Shown piece by piece: positions 1 to 8,942 of a stretch of DNA of 64,000 bases. The stretch comes from Prevotella sp. (lineage in GTDB: Bacteria; Bacteroidota; Bacteroidia; Bacteroidales; Bacteroidaceae). Position numbers and translations under genes: made by a program. Where the stretch lies: positions 42,471-106,470 of the forward strand of contig JAGCPC010000116.1 of the NCBI GenBank assembly GCA_017642485.1, read 5' to 3'. Under the pieces are notes generated by a model that worked only from the letters and a program-made list of their open reading frames with translations, made no database searches and was not told the DNA's origin. Position 1 is the stretch's first letter, and the number at the start of each line of letters is the position of its first letter.

Positions 1-1419
1 AGCTCCCTTGACGCTGTTTGCCCACAGTCCGAAGCCTGCGAGGTCGGTGGTGATGCAAGGCACCTTGAAGGCTACCGACTCCAGCGGAGTATAGCCCCAC
101 GGCTCGTAGTAAGAAGGATAGACGGTGAGGTCCTTGGCTATGAGGGTGTCATAGTAGAGCATGTCGAGCAGACCGTCGTCACCGTTAAGATAACATGGTG
201 CGAAGATGAGCTTTACCTTATCCTCCTTGCGGTTCCACATATCATGATACTTGAGCATACCGAGCACGTTGTCGTGACTCATATTGTGGAGCCAGTGGGT
301 TATCATAGGTATCTCGAGGGGGGTGTCATAGACTGCCTTCTTGTCGGCAAGACGTGCCTTGAGGTCTTCGCGAGCCTCGCCTACCCATGCCGGTACATCG
401 ACGAAGGCGAGTACCCGACGATTGAGACGTGGGTCGCGATTGAGGCGGTTGAGCGACTCGATGAATACGTCGATGCCCTTGTTGCGGAACTCATAGCGGC
501 CAGAAGTGCCGATGATGAGTGTGTCGTCATCAAACTGACAGCCAGTGAGGGCGTTGGCAAGACGAAGAACCTCCTTGCGTGAAGCCTTACGCTTTGCCGT
601 GAACTTGGCACCCTTTGGCACGAAATCGTCCTCAAAACCGTTGGGCAGCACCACATCGACAGGCTTGATGAGTTCCTCACACTCCTTGGCGGTGATGTCA
701 GAGACGGTGGTGAAGCAATCCACATTGTATGCCGTCTGCTTCTCAATGGAATGCTTTGACTGCATGTTGAGCTCGTCAGCCATCTGGTCGCCATCGTATG
801 CCCACAGGTAGTCGTAGAGCGGCTTGTTGTTGCCTGCTATGGAACGACCGATTGATGTAGCATGGGTGGTGAAGATGGTGCCGATGGCAGGCAACTTGTA
901 CTTTATGTATAGCGCGCCGAGACCCGTCATCCACTCGTTGGCGTGGTAGATGACCTTCTTGTCCTGAAGCTTGAGGAAATTATACATCGACTCTACGACC
1001 AAACCTGCGGCGTATGAGAACATGCTTGCCTCGTCGTAGTCGCCATAGGCATGGAGGGAGTCAACCTTGAAGTGCTCCCACAACTTGGCGTATATCTCAT
1101 CCTTCTTGGCGTAGTAAGGCTGGAAGTCAACCAGTATGGCAATAGGCTGACCAGGAATGTCCCAGCGTCCTACCTTGACGTTGAGTTCCTCTTTTTTTGC
1201 CTCCTCCTGCCAATCAGCGAGAAGGGTGTCGTCTTGTTTGAAGAATGGGGAATGTTTTTCTCCCCAGCAGTCTGGGCCAATAAAGATAAGGTTATCATCG
1301 ATTGCATCGTGCAATGTCTTGGCTCTGGTTGAAAGTACCGTGTAAATGCCGCCTACCTTATTGCACACTTCCCAGCTCGATTCGAATATGAAGTCTGGCT
1401 TTATCATATCTCTTTCCAT
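1..1419 (-). CDS. GT3-family glycogen synthase domain protein (runs off window; often fused to alpha-glucan phosphorylase in Bacteroidales)
   Basis: Absent from the ORF track; manual translation gives MERDMIKPDFIFESSWEVCNKVGGIYTV...HANEW...FTTHAT...PSYYEPWGYTPLES, which are GT3 motifs. Confidence 0.9.
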   Translation of the reverse strand, partial: MERDMIKPDFIFESSWEVCNKVGGIYTVLSTRAKTLHDAIDDNLIFIGPDCWGEKHSPFFKQDDTLLADWQEEAKKEELNVKVGRWDIPGQPIAILVDFQPYYAKKDEIYAKLWEHFKVDSLHAYGDYDEASMFSYAAGLVVESMYNFLKLQDKKVIYHANEWMTGLGALYIKYKLPAIGTIFTTHATSIGRSIAGNNKPLYDYLWAYDGDQMADELNMQSKHSIEKQTAYNVDCFTTVSDITAKECEELIKPVDVVLPNGFEDDFVPKGAKFTAKRKASRKEVLRLANALTGCQFDDDTLIIGTSGRYEFRNKGIDVFIESLNRLNRDPRLNRRVLAFVDVPAWVGEAREDLKARLADKKAVYDTPLEIPMITHWLHNMSHDNVLGMLKYHDMWNRKEDKVKLIFAPCYLNGDDGLLDMLYYDTLIAKDLTVYPSYYEPWGYTPLESVAFKVPCITTDLAGFGLWANSVKGA

Positions 1420-1596
1420 ATATGTGTTTCGATATTTGCGATTGCAAAATTAGGAAAAATAATTTAAAAAAAGAGCCGTATCGTTGATTTTGTGGTTCAT
1501 AAATGTTGAATAATTGATTTATATTGTGTAACTTTGGCACGATTTTTGATAATAAACCGTTCAGAGTGGAATATTTTACACATTATTATATAAATT

Positions 1597-3456
1597 ATGG
1601 CAAAAGGTAACATTGGGGTTACAACAGAGAATATCTTCCCCGTCATCAAAAAGTTTCTCTACAGTGATCACGACATATTCCTGCGCGAGATGGTGAGCAA
1701 CGCCGTCGATGCTACGCAGAAACTCAAGACCCTCACCGAGAAAGGCGACTACAAGGGCGAAATTGGCGAGCTGAAGGTCAGCGTAAGTCTCGACAAGGAG
1801 GCTGGCACACTCACATTCTCAGACAACGGCATTGGCATGACGGAGGATGAGATAGACCGCTATATCAACCAGATAGCATTCTCAGGCGTGACGGACTTCC
1901 TCGACAAGTATAAGGACAACGCCAATGCTATCATAGGACACTTCGGACTGGGATTCTACTCAAGTTTCATGGTGGCTGACAAGGTGGATATCATAACAAA
2001 GTCATATAAGGACGACGCACAGGCTGTGAAGTGGTCGTGCGATGGTTCGCCTGAATACGAGATAGAGCCTGCCGAGAGGGCTGATAGGGGTACTGACATA
2101 GTGCTCCATATAGCTGAGGACTGCAAGGAATTTCTTGAGGAGAGTAAAATCACCGAACTGCTCAACAAGTACTGCAAATTTATGGCTGTGCCTGTAGTGT
2201 TCGGCAAGAAGAAGGAGTGGAACTCTGACGAAAAGAAGATGGTAGAGACCGCTGAGGACAACGTGATAAACTCTACCGAGCCTCTGTGGACCAAGCAGCC
2301 CTCAACGCTGAAGGATGAGGACTACAAGCAGTTCTACTCTACACTGTACCCTATGCAGGATGAGCCCCTGTTCTGGATACACCTGAACGTCGATTTCCCA
2401 TTCCACCTGACGGGCATACTCTACTTCCCACGTGTGCAGTCAAACCTCGACTTGCAGCGCAACAAGATACAGCTATACTGCAACCAAGTGTTTGTAACAG
2501 ACCAGGTGGAGGGTATCGTGCCTGAATTCCTCACCCTGCTGCATGGCGTAATAGACTCACCAGACATACCGCTCAATGTGAGCCGTTCGTACCTGCAGAG
2601 CGATGCCAACGTAAAGAAAATATCAAGCTATATCACCAAGAAGGTGGCTGACAGGCTCAGCGGCATATTTAAGGCCGACCGCAAGGACTACGAGGAGAAA
2701 TGGGACTCGCTGAAGGTGTTCATCAACTACGGCATGCTGACGGAGGAGAGTTTCTACGACCGTGCCAAGGACTTTGCCCTGTTCAAAGATACTGAGGGCA
2801 AGCACTTCACCTTCGAGGAGTACAAGACCCTCATCAAGGACGAGCAGACTGATAAAGATGGCACACTCGTATATCTCTATGCCAACGACAAGGACGAGCA
2901 ATATACCTACATCGAGGCTGCCAAGGCTAAGGGCTACAGCGTGCTCATGTTCGATGGGCAGTTGGACAACGCCACTCTGGGACTCTTCGAGCAGAAGTTT
3001 GAGAAGTGCCGCTTCACTCGCGTAGATGGCGACATACTGGAGCGCCTGATACAGAAAGAGGACGTGAAGAAAGTGGAGCTGAGCAAGGAGGACAGTGACA
3101 AACTGACAGAGGCATTCAAGGCAAAACTGCCACAGATGGACAAGGTGACATTCAACGTGGAGATACAGGCCCTCGGTGAGACGGCTGCACCAGTGATGTT
3201 CACACAGTCGGAGTACATGCGCCGTATGAAGGACATGTCACGCTACCAGAGCGGAATGGCATTCTACGGTCAGATGCCTGACTCCTACAACCTCATACTC
3301 AATAGCGACAACGCTGTCATAAAGTCGGTAATCGCTGATACTGACAAGGTTGAGACTATATCACAGCTCATCGACCTCGCACTGCTGCAAAACGGTATGC
3401 TCAAGGGCGAAGCGTTGGATAAGTTCCTCAAGAGAAGCGTAGAGTTGCTGAAGTAA
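1597..3456 (+). CDS. htpG: Hsp90 chaperone HtpG
   Basis: LYSDHDIFLREMVSNAVDA, DNGIGMT, IGHFGLGFYS, LNVSRSYLQ. Confidence 0.97.
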   Translation: MAKGNIGVTTENIFPVIKKFLYSDHDIFLREMVSNAVDATQKLKTLTEKGDYKGEIGELKVSVSLDKEAGTLTFSDNGIGMTEDEIDRYINQIAFSGVTDFLDKYKDNANAIIGHFGLGFYSSFMVADKVDIITKSYKDDAQAVKWSCDGSPEYEIEPAERADRGTDIVLHIAEDCKEFLEESKITELLNKYCKFMAVPVVFGKKKEWNSDEKKMVETAEDNVINSTEPLWTKQPSTLKDEDYKQFYSTLYPMQDEPLFWIHLNVDFPFHLTGILYFPRVQSNLDLQRNKIQLYCNQVFVTDQVEGIVPEFLTLLHGVIDSPDIPLNVSRSYLQSDANVKKISSYITKKVADRLSGIFKADRKDYEEKWDSLKVFINYGMLTEESFYDRAKDFALFKDTEGKHFTFEEYKTLIKDEQTDKDGTLVYLYANDKDEQYTYIEAAKAKGYSVLMFDGQLDNATLGLFEQKFEKCRFTRVDGDILERLIQKEDVKKVELSKEDSDKLTEAFKAKLPQMDKVTFNVEIQALGETAAPVMFTQSEYMRRMKDMSRYQSGMAFYGQMPDSYNLILNSDNAVIKSVIADTDKVETISQLIDLALLQNGMLKGEALDKFLKRSVELLK

Positions 3457-3461
3457 AATTG

Positions 3462-3625
3462 AAAATTGAAGATTGAAAATTGAGAATTATGATTACTAAC
3501 AGTTGTCTTCCTGTTCTACACAGCCGACATGGAGTCTGTGGAACAACCTTGTACCACATCGTACAAAAATGTCTGTTAAGGGTGGCAATGCTAATCATAA
3601 TTTTCAATTTTCAATTTTCAATTTT
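3462..3625. repeat. 34-bp inverted repeat built from 7-mer (AAAATTG / CAATTTT) arrays
   Basis: 3462-3495 versus reverse complement of 3592-3625: 32/34 match. Confidence 0.9.
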
Positions 3626-4856
3626 CTATATCTGCAGGGCCCAGCGCCACACTGTGTATGCTGACGACATAGGAACAGTGCAGGTGGTGGCAGGCACACG
3701 ATGGCAGGAGGTGCCCATCATAACCCTTGGAGGCAACGAGAAGGTGCACATATCGTTCGACCAACTGTCACACGAGTATCATCGCTACACATACAGCGTG
3801 GTGCATCTGGACAAGGACTGGCAGGAGACGGAAGACCTGACATCGGCAGACTACATAAGGGGATTTCGTAGCGGACTCACCATAGAGGACTGCGAGGAGT
3901 CAATAGGAACCACACAGAACTATACACACTACCAATTGCAGTTGCCCAACAGAGACTGCCGTATCACCATGTCGGGCAACTACCGTGTGGATATCTATGA
4001 CGATAACGAAAACGATAACAAAAACGATGGGAAGGTGCTGTCGGTGTATTTCCTCGTCAACGAGGATATCATCAACGTAGGACTCAACGTCACTGGCGAT
4101 ACCGACATCGACGTGAGGCGCAGCCACCAGCAAGTGACGGTGAAGGCCGACTACAGTCCGCTGAAGGCTACCAATCCGCGTGAGCAGATAACGGGCTACG
4201 TGATGCAAAACTACCGATGGGACAATATAGTAAGACTGCCCAACCCCACCAGCATCAACCAACAGTATATGGAGTGGCGCCACTGCAGAGACCTCATATA
4301 CGACGGCGGTAATGAGTATCATAAATTTGAGATACTCGACATACACCGCAACTCCCTGAACGTAGAAAACAACACATGGGACCGTACCACCGAGACATGG
4401 CACACATGGGTGTGGCCCGACTACCGACGTACGGCATACGTATATGACGAGGTACCTAAGGGTGCCTTCTACATACGCAATTCCTACAACAGCGAGAATG
4501 ACATCACCTCGGAGTATGTCATAGCACACTTCACACTACAGACGGAAGAGCCATTCCCCTACCCCGTTTATATAGACGGAATGTGGAGGGTTGTTAACGA
4601 AAACGATAACGATAATGGGAACAGATATCGCATGAAGTACTCTCAGGAACAGAGAGCCTACACATGTGAGATACCATTAAAATACGGATATTATTCTTAC
4701 CAGTATATATGCCAACGTCCTGACGGAACCACAGTTACACCTCCCACCGAAGGCTCGTTCTACGAAACTCACAACATATATACCACCTTATTCTACTACC
4801 GAGGCATACTCGATCGTGCCGACCGCTTAGTCGGCGTCTTCACTCTTAAACTCTAA
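3489..4856 (+). CDS. DUF5103 / type IX secretion system plug-like protein (start uncertain: 3489 or 3588)
   Basis: Signal peptide ending RA-Q; ISFDQL, YTHYQLQLPN, SGNY, GGNEY, LKYGYYSYQY, EGSFYETHN motifs; lies downstream of htpG. Confidence 0.75.
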   Translation: MITNSCLPVLHSRHGVCGTTLYHIVQKCLLRVAMLIIIFNFQFSIFYICRAQRHTVYADDIGTVQVVAGTRWQEVPIITLGGNEKVHISFDQLSHEYHRYTYSVVHLDKDWQETEDLTSADYIRGFRSGLTIEDCEESIGTTQNYTHYQLQLPNRDCRITMSGNYRVDIYDDNENDNKNDGKVLSVYFLVNEDIINVGLNVTGDTDIDVRRSHQQVTVKADYSPLKATNPREQITGYVMQNYRWDNIVRLPNPTSINQQYMEWRHCRDLIYDGGNEYHKFEILDIHRNSLNVENNTWDRTTETWHTWVWPDYRRTAYVYDEVPKGAFYIRNSYNSENDITSEYVIAHFTLQTEEPFPYPVYIDGMWRVVNENDNDNGNRYRMKYSQEQRAYTCEIPLKYGYYSYQYICQRPDGTTVTPPTEGSFYETHNIYTTLFYYRGILDRADRLVGVFTLKL

Positions 4857-5117
4857 GTGCATCTGTCTCACCTTGGCAGAGCGAGGGTTGATGCGATACC
4901 ATCCCCTCTTATCCATCCTTTTTACCGGCGAACCACTCAGGGTGCTCTCCCTGTGTAGGTAGTGGGCTACCTCATCGTACATCTTCTCCTTAGACAGGGG
5001 CTCGAAAAGGGAGTTGCGCATATTAAACACGTTTAATGCGATACGACGCAGAGGCATACCCTTTGGCCCTACTTCGTCAAGCACCATCAATATCTCGTGT
5101 TCGCAATCGACCCTCAT
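4827..5117 (-). CDS. hypothetical protein (small, possible winged helix)
   Basis: ORF MRVDCEHEILMVLDEVG...RGWYRINP; 3' end overlaps the neighbouring gene. Confidence 0.6.
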   Translation of the reverse strand: MRVDCEHEILMVLDEVGPKGMPLRRIALNVFNMRNSLFEPLSKEKMYDEVAHYLHRESTLSGSPVKRMDKRGWYRINPRSAKVRQMHLEFKSEDAD

Positions 5118-5139
5118 AAGAAGAAATAGAAAAAAAACA

Positions 5140-5178
5140 GGTGAAGAGTGTACAAAAAGATGTGTCACCCTTCACCCA
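5140..5178 (-). terminator. probable intrinsic terminator after the wHTH gene
   Basis: Imperfect GGTGAAGAGTG...CACCCTTCACC hairpin followed by a T-run on the minus strand. Confidence 0.55.
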
Positions 5179-5218
5179 TTTTATATCAAAAACGTTTAAG
5201 TGTTTTTTTTTACAAAGC

Positions 5219-5548
5219 TTATGCAAGAACAATCTTGTTGTCCTCAGTGGTAGCAACCTTGCCCTCCTTGAAGAGCCAGCCAAGACCGAGGTAAGCCTCT
5301 TCAACAGCAACCTTAGCCTTCTTAGCTACCTCAGCAACAGTGAGAGCCTTCTCAGCAGCTGCGAGAGCCTGATAAACGTCACCAGCCTTGAAACCAGCGT
5401 TCTCAGCGTTAACATAAACTACAGATGACTTAGCTGCAGCCTTCTTAGCAGGAGCCTTCTTAGCAGGTGCTTCCTTTACCTCAGCTGCCTTTGCTGCCTT
5501 GTTAGCTGCCTTTGTAGCAGCTGCCTTTGTAATCTTCTTTTCTGCCAT
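5219..5548 (-). CDS. DUF2582-like winged helix protein with Lys/Ala/Pro-rich N-terminal tail
   Basis: NAGFKAGDVYQAL...AYLGLGWLFKEGKV core; APAKKAPAKKAAAK tail. Confidence 0.8.
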   Translation of the reverse strand: MAEKKITKAAATKAANKAAKAAEVKEAPAKKAPAKKAAAKSSVVYVNAENAGFKAGDVYQALAAAEKALTVAEVAKKAKVAVEEAYLGLGWLFKEGKVATTEDNKIVLA

Positions 5549-5821
5549 AATCTTTTTACCTTTTTTTGTTTACTTTTTTGTAAGTGTTTACCTGAATTAT
5601 TACTGCTCTCGGGAGCGGTATGTCCCAATCGCAATGCAAAGTTACTATTATTCAATGAAATTGATGTTAAAACAAATGAAATATTGTACATTACTACCGC
5701 AATTTTTGACTAAAATCAAAATACACACCATATATTATTTGCACATATAAGAAAAAAAACGTAACTTTGCAGGAGTTATTTTTACACTTTTCCAGAAAAA
5801 AAACAAAGAAACGCCAACAAT

Positions 5822-6460
5822 ATGAAGCATACGCTGTACGCTGTCCTTGCGATGATAACATTTCTGATATGCCTGAGTTCATGCTCAAGTGAGGAAACTT
5901 ATGCAGAACAGCGTGAGAGGGAGATAAGCAGTATATCAAACTTTATCTCAAAAAAAAATATACAGGTAATCGACGAAACCACATTCGCTCAACAGGGCTA
6001 CACCACTGGGGAAAACCAGTATGTGCTCTTTAACAATAGTGGTGTGTACATGAACATACTCAATAGTGGTCCTAAAGATGGCACGGTGCTGTCAAAAAAC
6101 GGCGACAAGGCCGACGTGCTGGTGAGATATCAGGAGTACAACCTCAAAGGTGACTCCATACAGACGACAAACCGCATACCGCTATACGGCACACTGTGCG
6201 AAAAATTTGCGGTGAGCAACTACTACGGCACATACGTGGCAACATTCATATACGGACTGATGAACAACTACTATAAAAGCACACAAGTGCCAGGAGGATG
6301 GCTGGTGCCACTGAAGTACATCAAACTGGGACGACTCATAGAGGAGGACGACCGATATGCCACCGTACGACTTATAGTACCGCATGACCAGGGCACGACT
6401 GCTGCATCATCAGGAGTGTACGCATGCTACTACTTCATGACGTACGAGATAGACAGATAA
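5822..6460 (+). CDS. DUF4827-family lipoprotein
   Basis: Lipobox LSSC; ETYAEQRERE, GVYM, VPGGWLVPLKYI, VRLIVPHDQG; upstream of glmM. Confidence 0.8.
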   Translation: MKHTLYAVLAMITFLICLSSCSSEETYAEQREREISSISNFISKKNIQVIDETTFAQQGYTTGENQYVLFNNSGVYMNILNSGPKDGTVLSKNGDKADVLVRYQEYNLKGDSIQTTNRIPLYGTLCEKFAVSNYYGTYVATFIYGLMNNYYKSTQVPGGWLVPLKYIKLGRLIEEDDRYATVRLIVPHDQGTTAASSGVYACYYFMTYEIDR

Positions 6461-6501
6461 GCAAGAAGAAGAAAGATACATCATTTATATATAAGCATCA
6501 T

Positions 6502-7911
6502 ATGTCATTAATAAAATCCATATCAGGCATCCGCGGCACAATAGGCGGACAGACAGGAGATACACTGAATCCCCTCGATATCGTAAAATTCACCTCTGCG
6601 TACGCTACATTTATACGCAAGTCAACAACTAATGGTAGCAACAAGATTATAGTAGGCAGAGATGCACGCATATCAGGTGAGATGGTAAAGAACGTGGTAT
6701 GCGGTACGCTGATGGGAATGGGATACGACGTCATCAACATCGGACTCGCATCAACACCCACCACCGAACTCGCCGTAACGATGGCAGGAGCCGACGGTGG
6801 CATCATAATAACAGCATCGCACAATCCACGTCACTGGAATGCCCTAAAGTTGCTCAATAGCAAAGGAGAGTTTCTTACTGCCGCTGACGGCAACGAGGTA
6901 CTGTCAATAGCAGAAGAGGAGGCATTTGAATATGCCGATGTGGACCATATGGGCAAATACACCGAGGAGAGTTTTGACGAGAAGCACATCGATGCCGTCA
7001 TGAACCTCAAACTCGTCGATGCAGAGGCGATAAAGAAGGCTGGTTTTAACGTAGTGGTTGACTCCATCAACTCCGTGGGAGGACTGATACTCCCCGCCCT
7101 ACTCGACCGCCTCGGTGTGAAGCACACCTTCCTCAACGGAGAAGTGAACGGTGACTTCCAGCACAACCCAGAACCCCTTGAGAAAAACCTCACGGGCATA
7201 ATGTCGAAACTCAAAGAGGGGGGCTACGACCTCGGTATCGTGGTAGATCCTGATGTGGACAGACTGGCATTTATATGCGAGGATGGCACTATGTACGGCG
7301 AGGAATATACACTAGTAAGCGTGGCTGACTACATACTCAGCAAGATGCAAGAGGATCCTGCTCACCCAGCACTCAACACGGTATCAAACCTATCATCAAC
7401 ACGTGCGCTGCGTGATGTGACAGAGAAATATGGAGGCACCTACACAGCCGCTGCCGTGGGCGAGGTAAACGTGACGACAAAGATGAAGGAAGTGGGTGCC
7501 GTAATAGGTGGCGAAGGAAACGGCGGAGTGATATACCCCGACAGCCACTATGGCAGAGATGCCCTGGTAGGTATAGCACTATTCCTGAGTCTGTTGGCAG
7601 AGAAGAATCAGAAGGTCAGCGGACTACGCAAGACATTCCCCGAGTACTTTATCGCAAAGAATCGCATAGACCTGACACCTGACACCGATGTGGACGCTAT
7701 ACTGCTTAAAGTAAAAGATATGTACAGCGCAGATAAAGAGGTGGCAGTTAATGATATAGATGGTGTAAAATTGGACTTCCCAGATAAGTGGGTACACCTT
7801 AGAAAATCAAACACCGAACCTATCATACGTGTATATAGCGAAGCACACTCCATGGAAGAGGCTGAGGAGATCGGCAAAAAGATAATGGACGTGGTTTATA
7901 GTATGGTGTAA
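6502..7911 (+). CDS. glmM: phosphoglucosamine mutase
   Basis: MSLIKSISGIRG, TASHNP, DPDVDR, GGEGNGG. Confidence 0.93.
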   Translation: MSLIKSISGIRGTIGGQTGDTLNPLDIVKFTSAYATFIRKSTTNGSNKIIVGRDARISGEMVKNVVCGTLMGMGYDVINIGLASTPTTELAVTMAGADGGIIITASHNPRHWNALKLLNSKGEFLTAADGNEVLSIAEEEAFEYADVDHMGKYTEESFDEKHIDAVMNLKLVDAEAIKKAGFNVVVDSINSVGGLILPALLDRLGVKHTFLNGEVNGDFQHNPEPLEKNLTGIMSKLKEGGYDLGIVVDPDVDRLAFICEDGTMYGEEYTLVSVADYILSKMQEDPAHPALNTVSNLSSTRALRDVTEKYGGTYTAAAVGEVNVTTKMKEVGAVIGGEGNGGVIYPDSHYGRDALVGIALFLSLLAEKNQKVSGLRKTFPEYFIAKNRIDLTPDTDVDAILLKVKDMYSADKEVAVNDIDGVKLDFPDKWVHLRKSNTEPIIRVYSEAHSMEEAEEIGKKIMDVVYSMV

Positions 7912-7980
7912 CGAAAGGTCGAAACATCGTCATAACGAAATAACGGAATATCGACATTTCGATATAACGACATAACGAAG
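7909..7980 (+). repeat. degenerate 8-mer array (TAACGA[A/C]A consensus), 9 units
   Basis: CG invariant every 8 nt starting at the glmM stop codon. Confidence 0.85.
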
Positions 7981-7990
7981 TCATAATAAA

Positions 7991-8035
7991 AAAAGAATGT
8001 CACATGAAAACGAACTTTCAGATGACATTCTTTTT
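7991..8035. terminator. bidirectional terminator between glmM and tRNA-Thr
   Basis: AAAAAGAATGTCA...TGACATTCTTTTT hairpin. Confidence 0.8.
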
Positions 8036-8044
8036 CTTTTCTTG

Positions 8045-8118
8045 AGCCTCTTGTCGGATTCGAACCAACGACCCCGAGATTACAAATCACGTGCTCTGGC
8101 CAACTGAGCTAAAGAGGC
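8045..8118 (-). tRNA. tRNA-Thr(TGT)
   Basis: GCCTCTTTAGCTCAGTTGG...TTTGTAA...GGTTCGAATCC...AAGAGGC cloverleaf; CCA not encoded. Confidence 0.96.
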
Positions 8119-8122
8119 GGGT

Positions 8123-8216
8123 GGGCAGCTACTTACATCGCACCGCTACAACCAAGTACCTTTGCTATGTTCCCATCCTGGAGGATTCCGAGGGAGCTGG
8201 TCGTGCAAGACTGCCC
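8123..8216 (-). ncRNA. ffs: signal recognition particle (4.5S) RNA
   Basis: GGGCAG...CTGCCC terminal helix; helix-8-like CAGGATGGGAACATAGCA with GGAA tetraloop. Confidence 0.85.
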
Positions 8217-8272
8217 GTATTGTTTGCCTATTGAAGAGCGACAAAAGAGGGTCACTCTCAGATTTTGCGAAT

Positions 8273-8281
8273 GCAAAGGTA
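8273..8281 (-). promoter_or_regulatory. -7 promoter box for ffs-tRNA-Thr
   Basis: TACCTTTGC on the minus strand matches TAnnTTTG. Confidence 0.65.
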
Positions 8282-8389
8282 CTAATAAATGTTGAAAGTA
8301 AATCAGAGAAACACTTTTTTTATGATTTATTAAGAAAATTACCACCCTGTAGTTTAGTTAATTGAAATAAAATGATTAACTTTGCACTT

Positions 8390-8935
8390 ATGATTTCAAC
8401 AATAGAATTAGTACAACTTAAAGCATACGCAAGACAAGACGGTTTAATACTGGGAGCAGTATGGATTATTGCCTTTGCTTGCTTTATAGGCAGCATGAAC
8501 GACGCCTCGTTGCAATTAGGCTTCACAACGGGCATGATATCAACTCCTTTTGTAGTTTACTACATGCTGCGCCACTATCGCGATAAGGTGCTGACGGGTA
8601 CGATATCATACAGGCGTGCATTTGCCTTTATAGCCTACACAATGACGTACGCCTCGCTCTTGTTGGCTGCTGCCACATTTGCATATTTTCATTTCATCGA
8701 CAATGGTACGTTCTTTGGCACGCTGATGGCAAACATTAAGTTGCCCGAGGTACAGCAGGTATTTACAGATGCAGGCATGAGTCCAAAGGAGATTGAGGAA
8801 CAACTGGCACTCGTATCGGAGTCGCGTCCTATCGACTTTGCATTCAGCGTATTATTTGAAGGCATCATCATAGCCGTGATACACGCAGCACTCATCGGTC
8901 TATTAGGAAAAAAGAAAATCAAAAATCAAGAATAA
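8390..8935 (+). CDS. DUF4199-family membrane protein
   Basis: About 4 TM segments; YRDKVLTGTISYRRAF; start placed after TAACTTTG box; upstream of GT2. Confidence 0.75.
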   Translation: MISTIELVQLKAYARQDGLILGAVWIIAFACFIGSMNDASLQLGFTTGMISTPFVVYYMLRHYRDKVLTGTISYRRAFAFIAYTMTYASLLLAAATFAYFHFIDNGTFFGTLMANIKLPEVQQVFTDAGMSPKEIEEQLALVSESRPIDFAFSVLFEGIIIAVIHAALIGLLGKKKIKNQE

Positions 8936-8942
8936 GAGAACA

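Noticed and set aside
7990-8120. tRNA-Thr as an integration site for an island
   Set aside because: No integrase and no duplicated tRNA 3' end seen; flanking genes are core.
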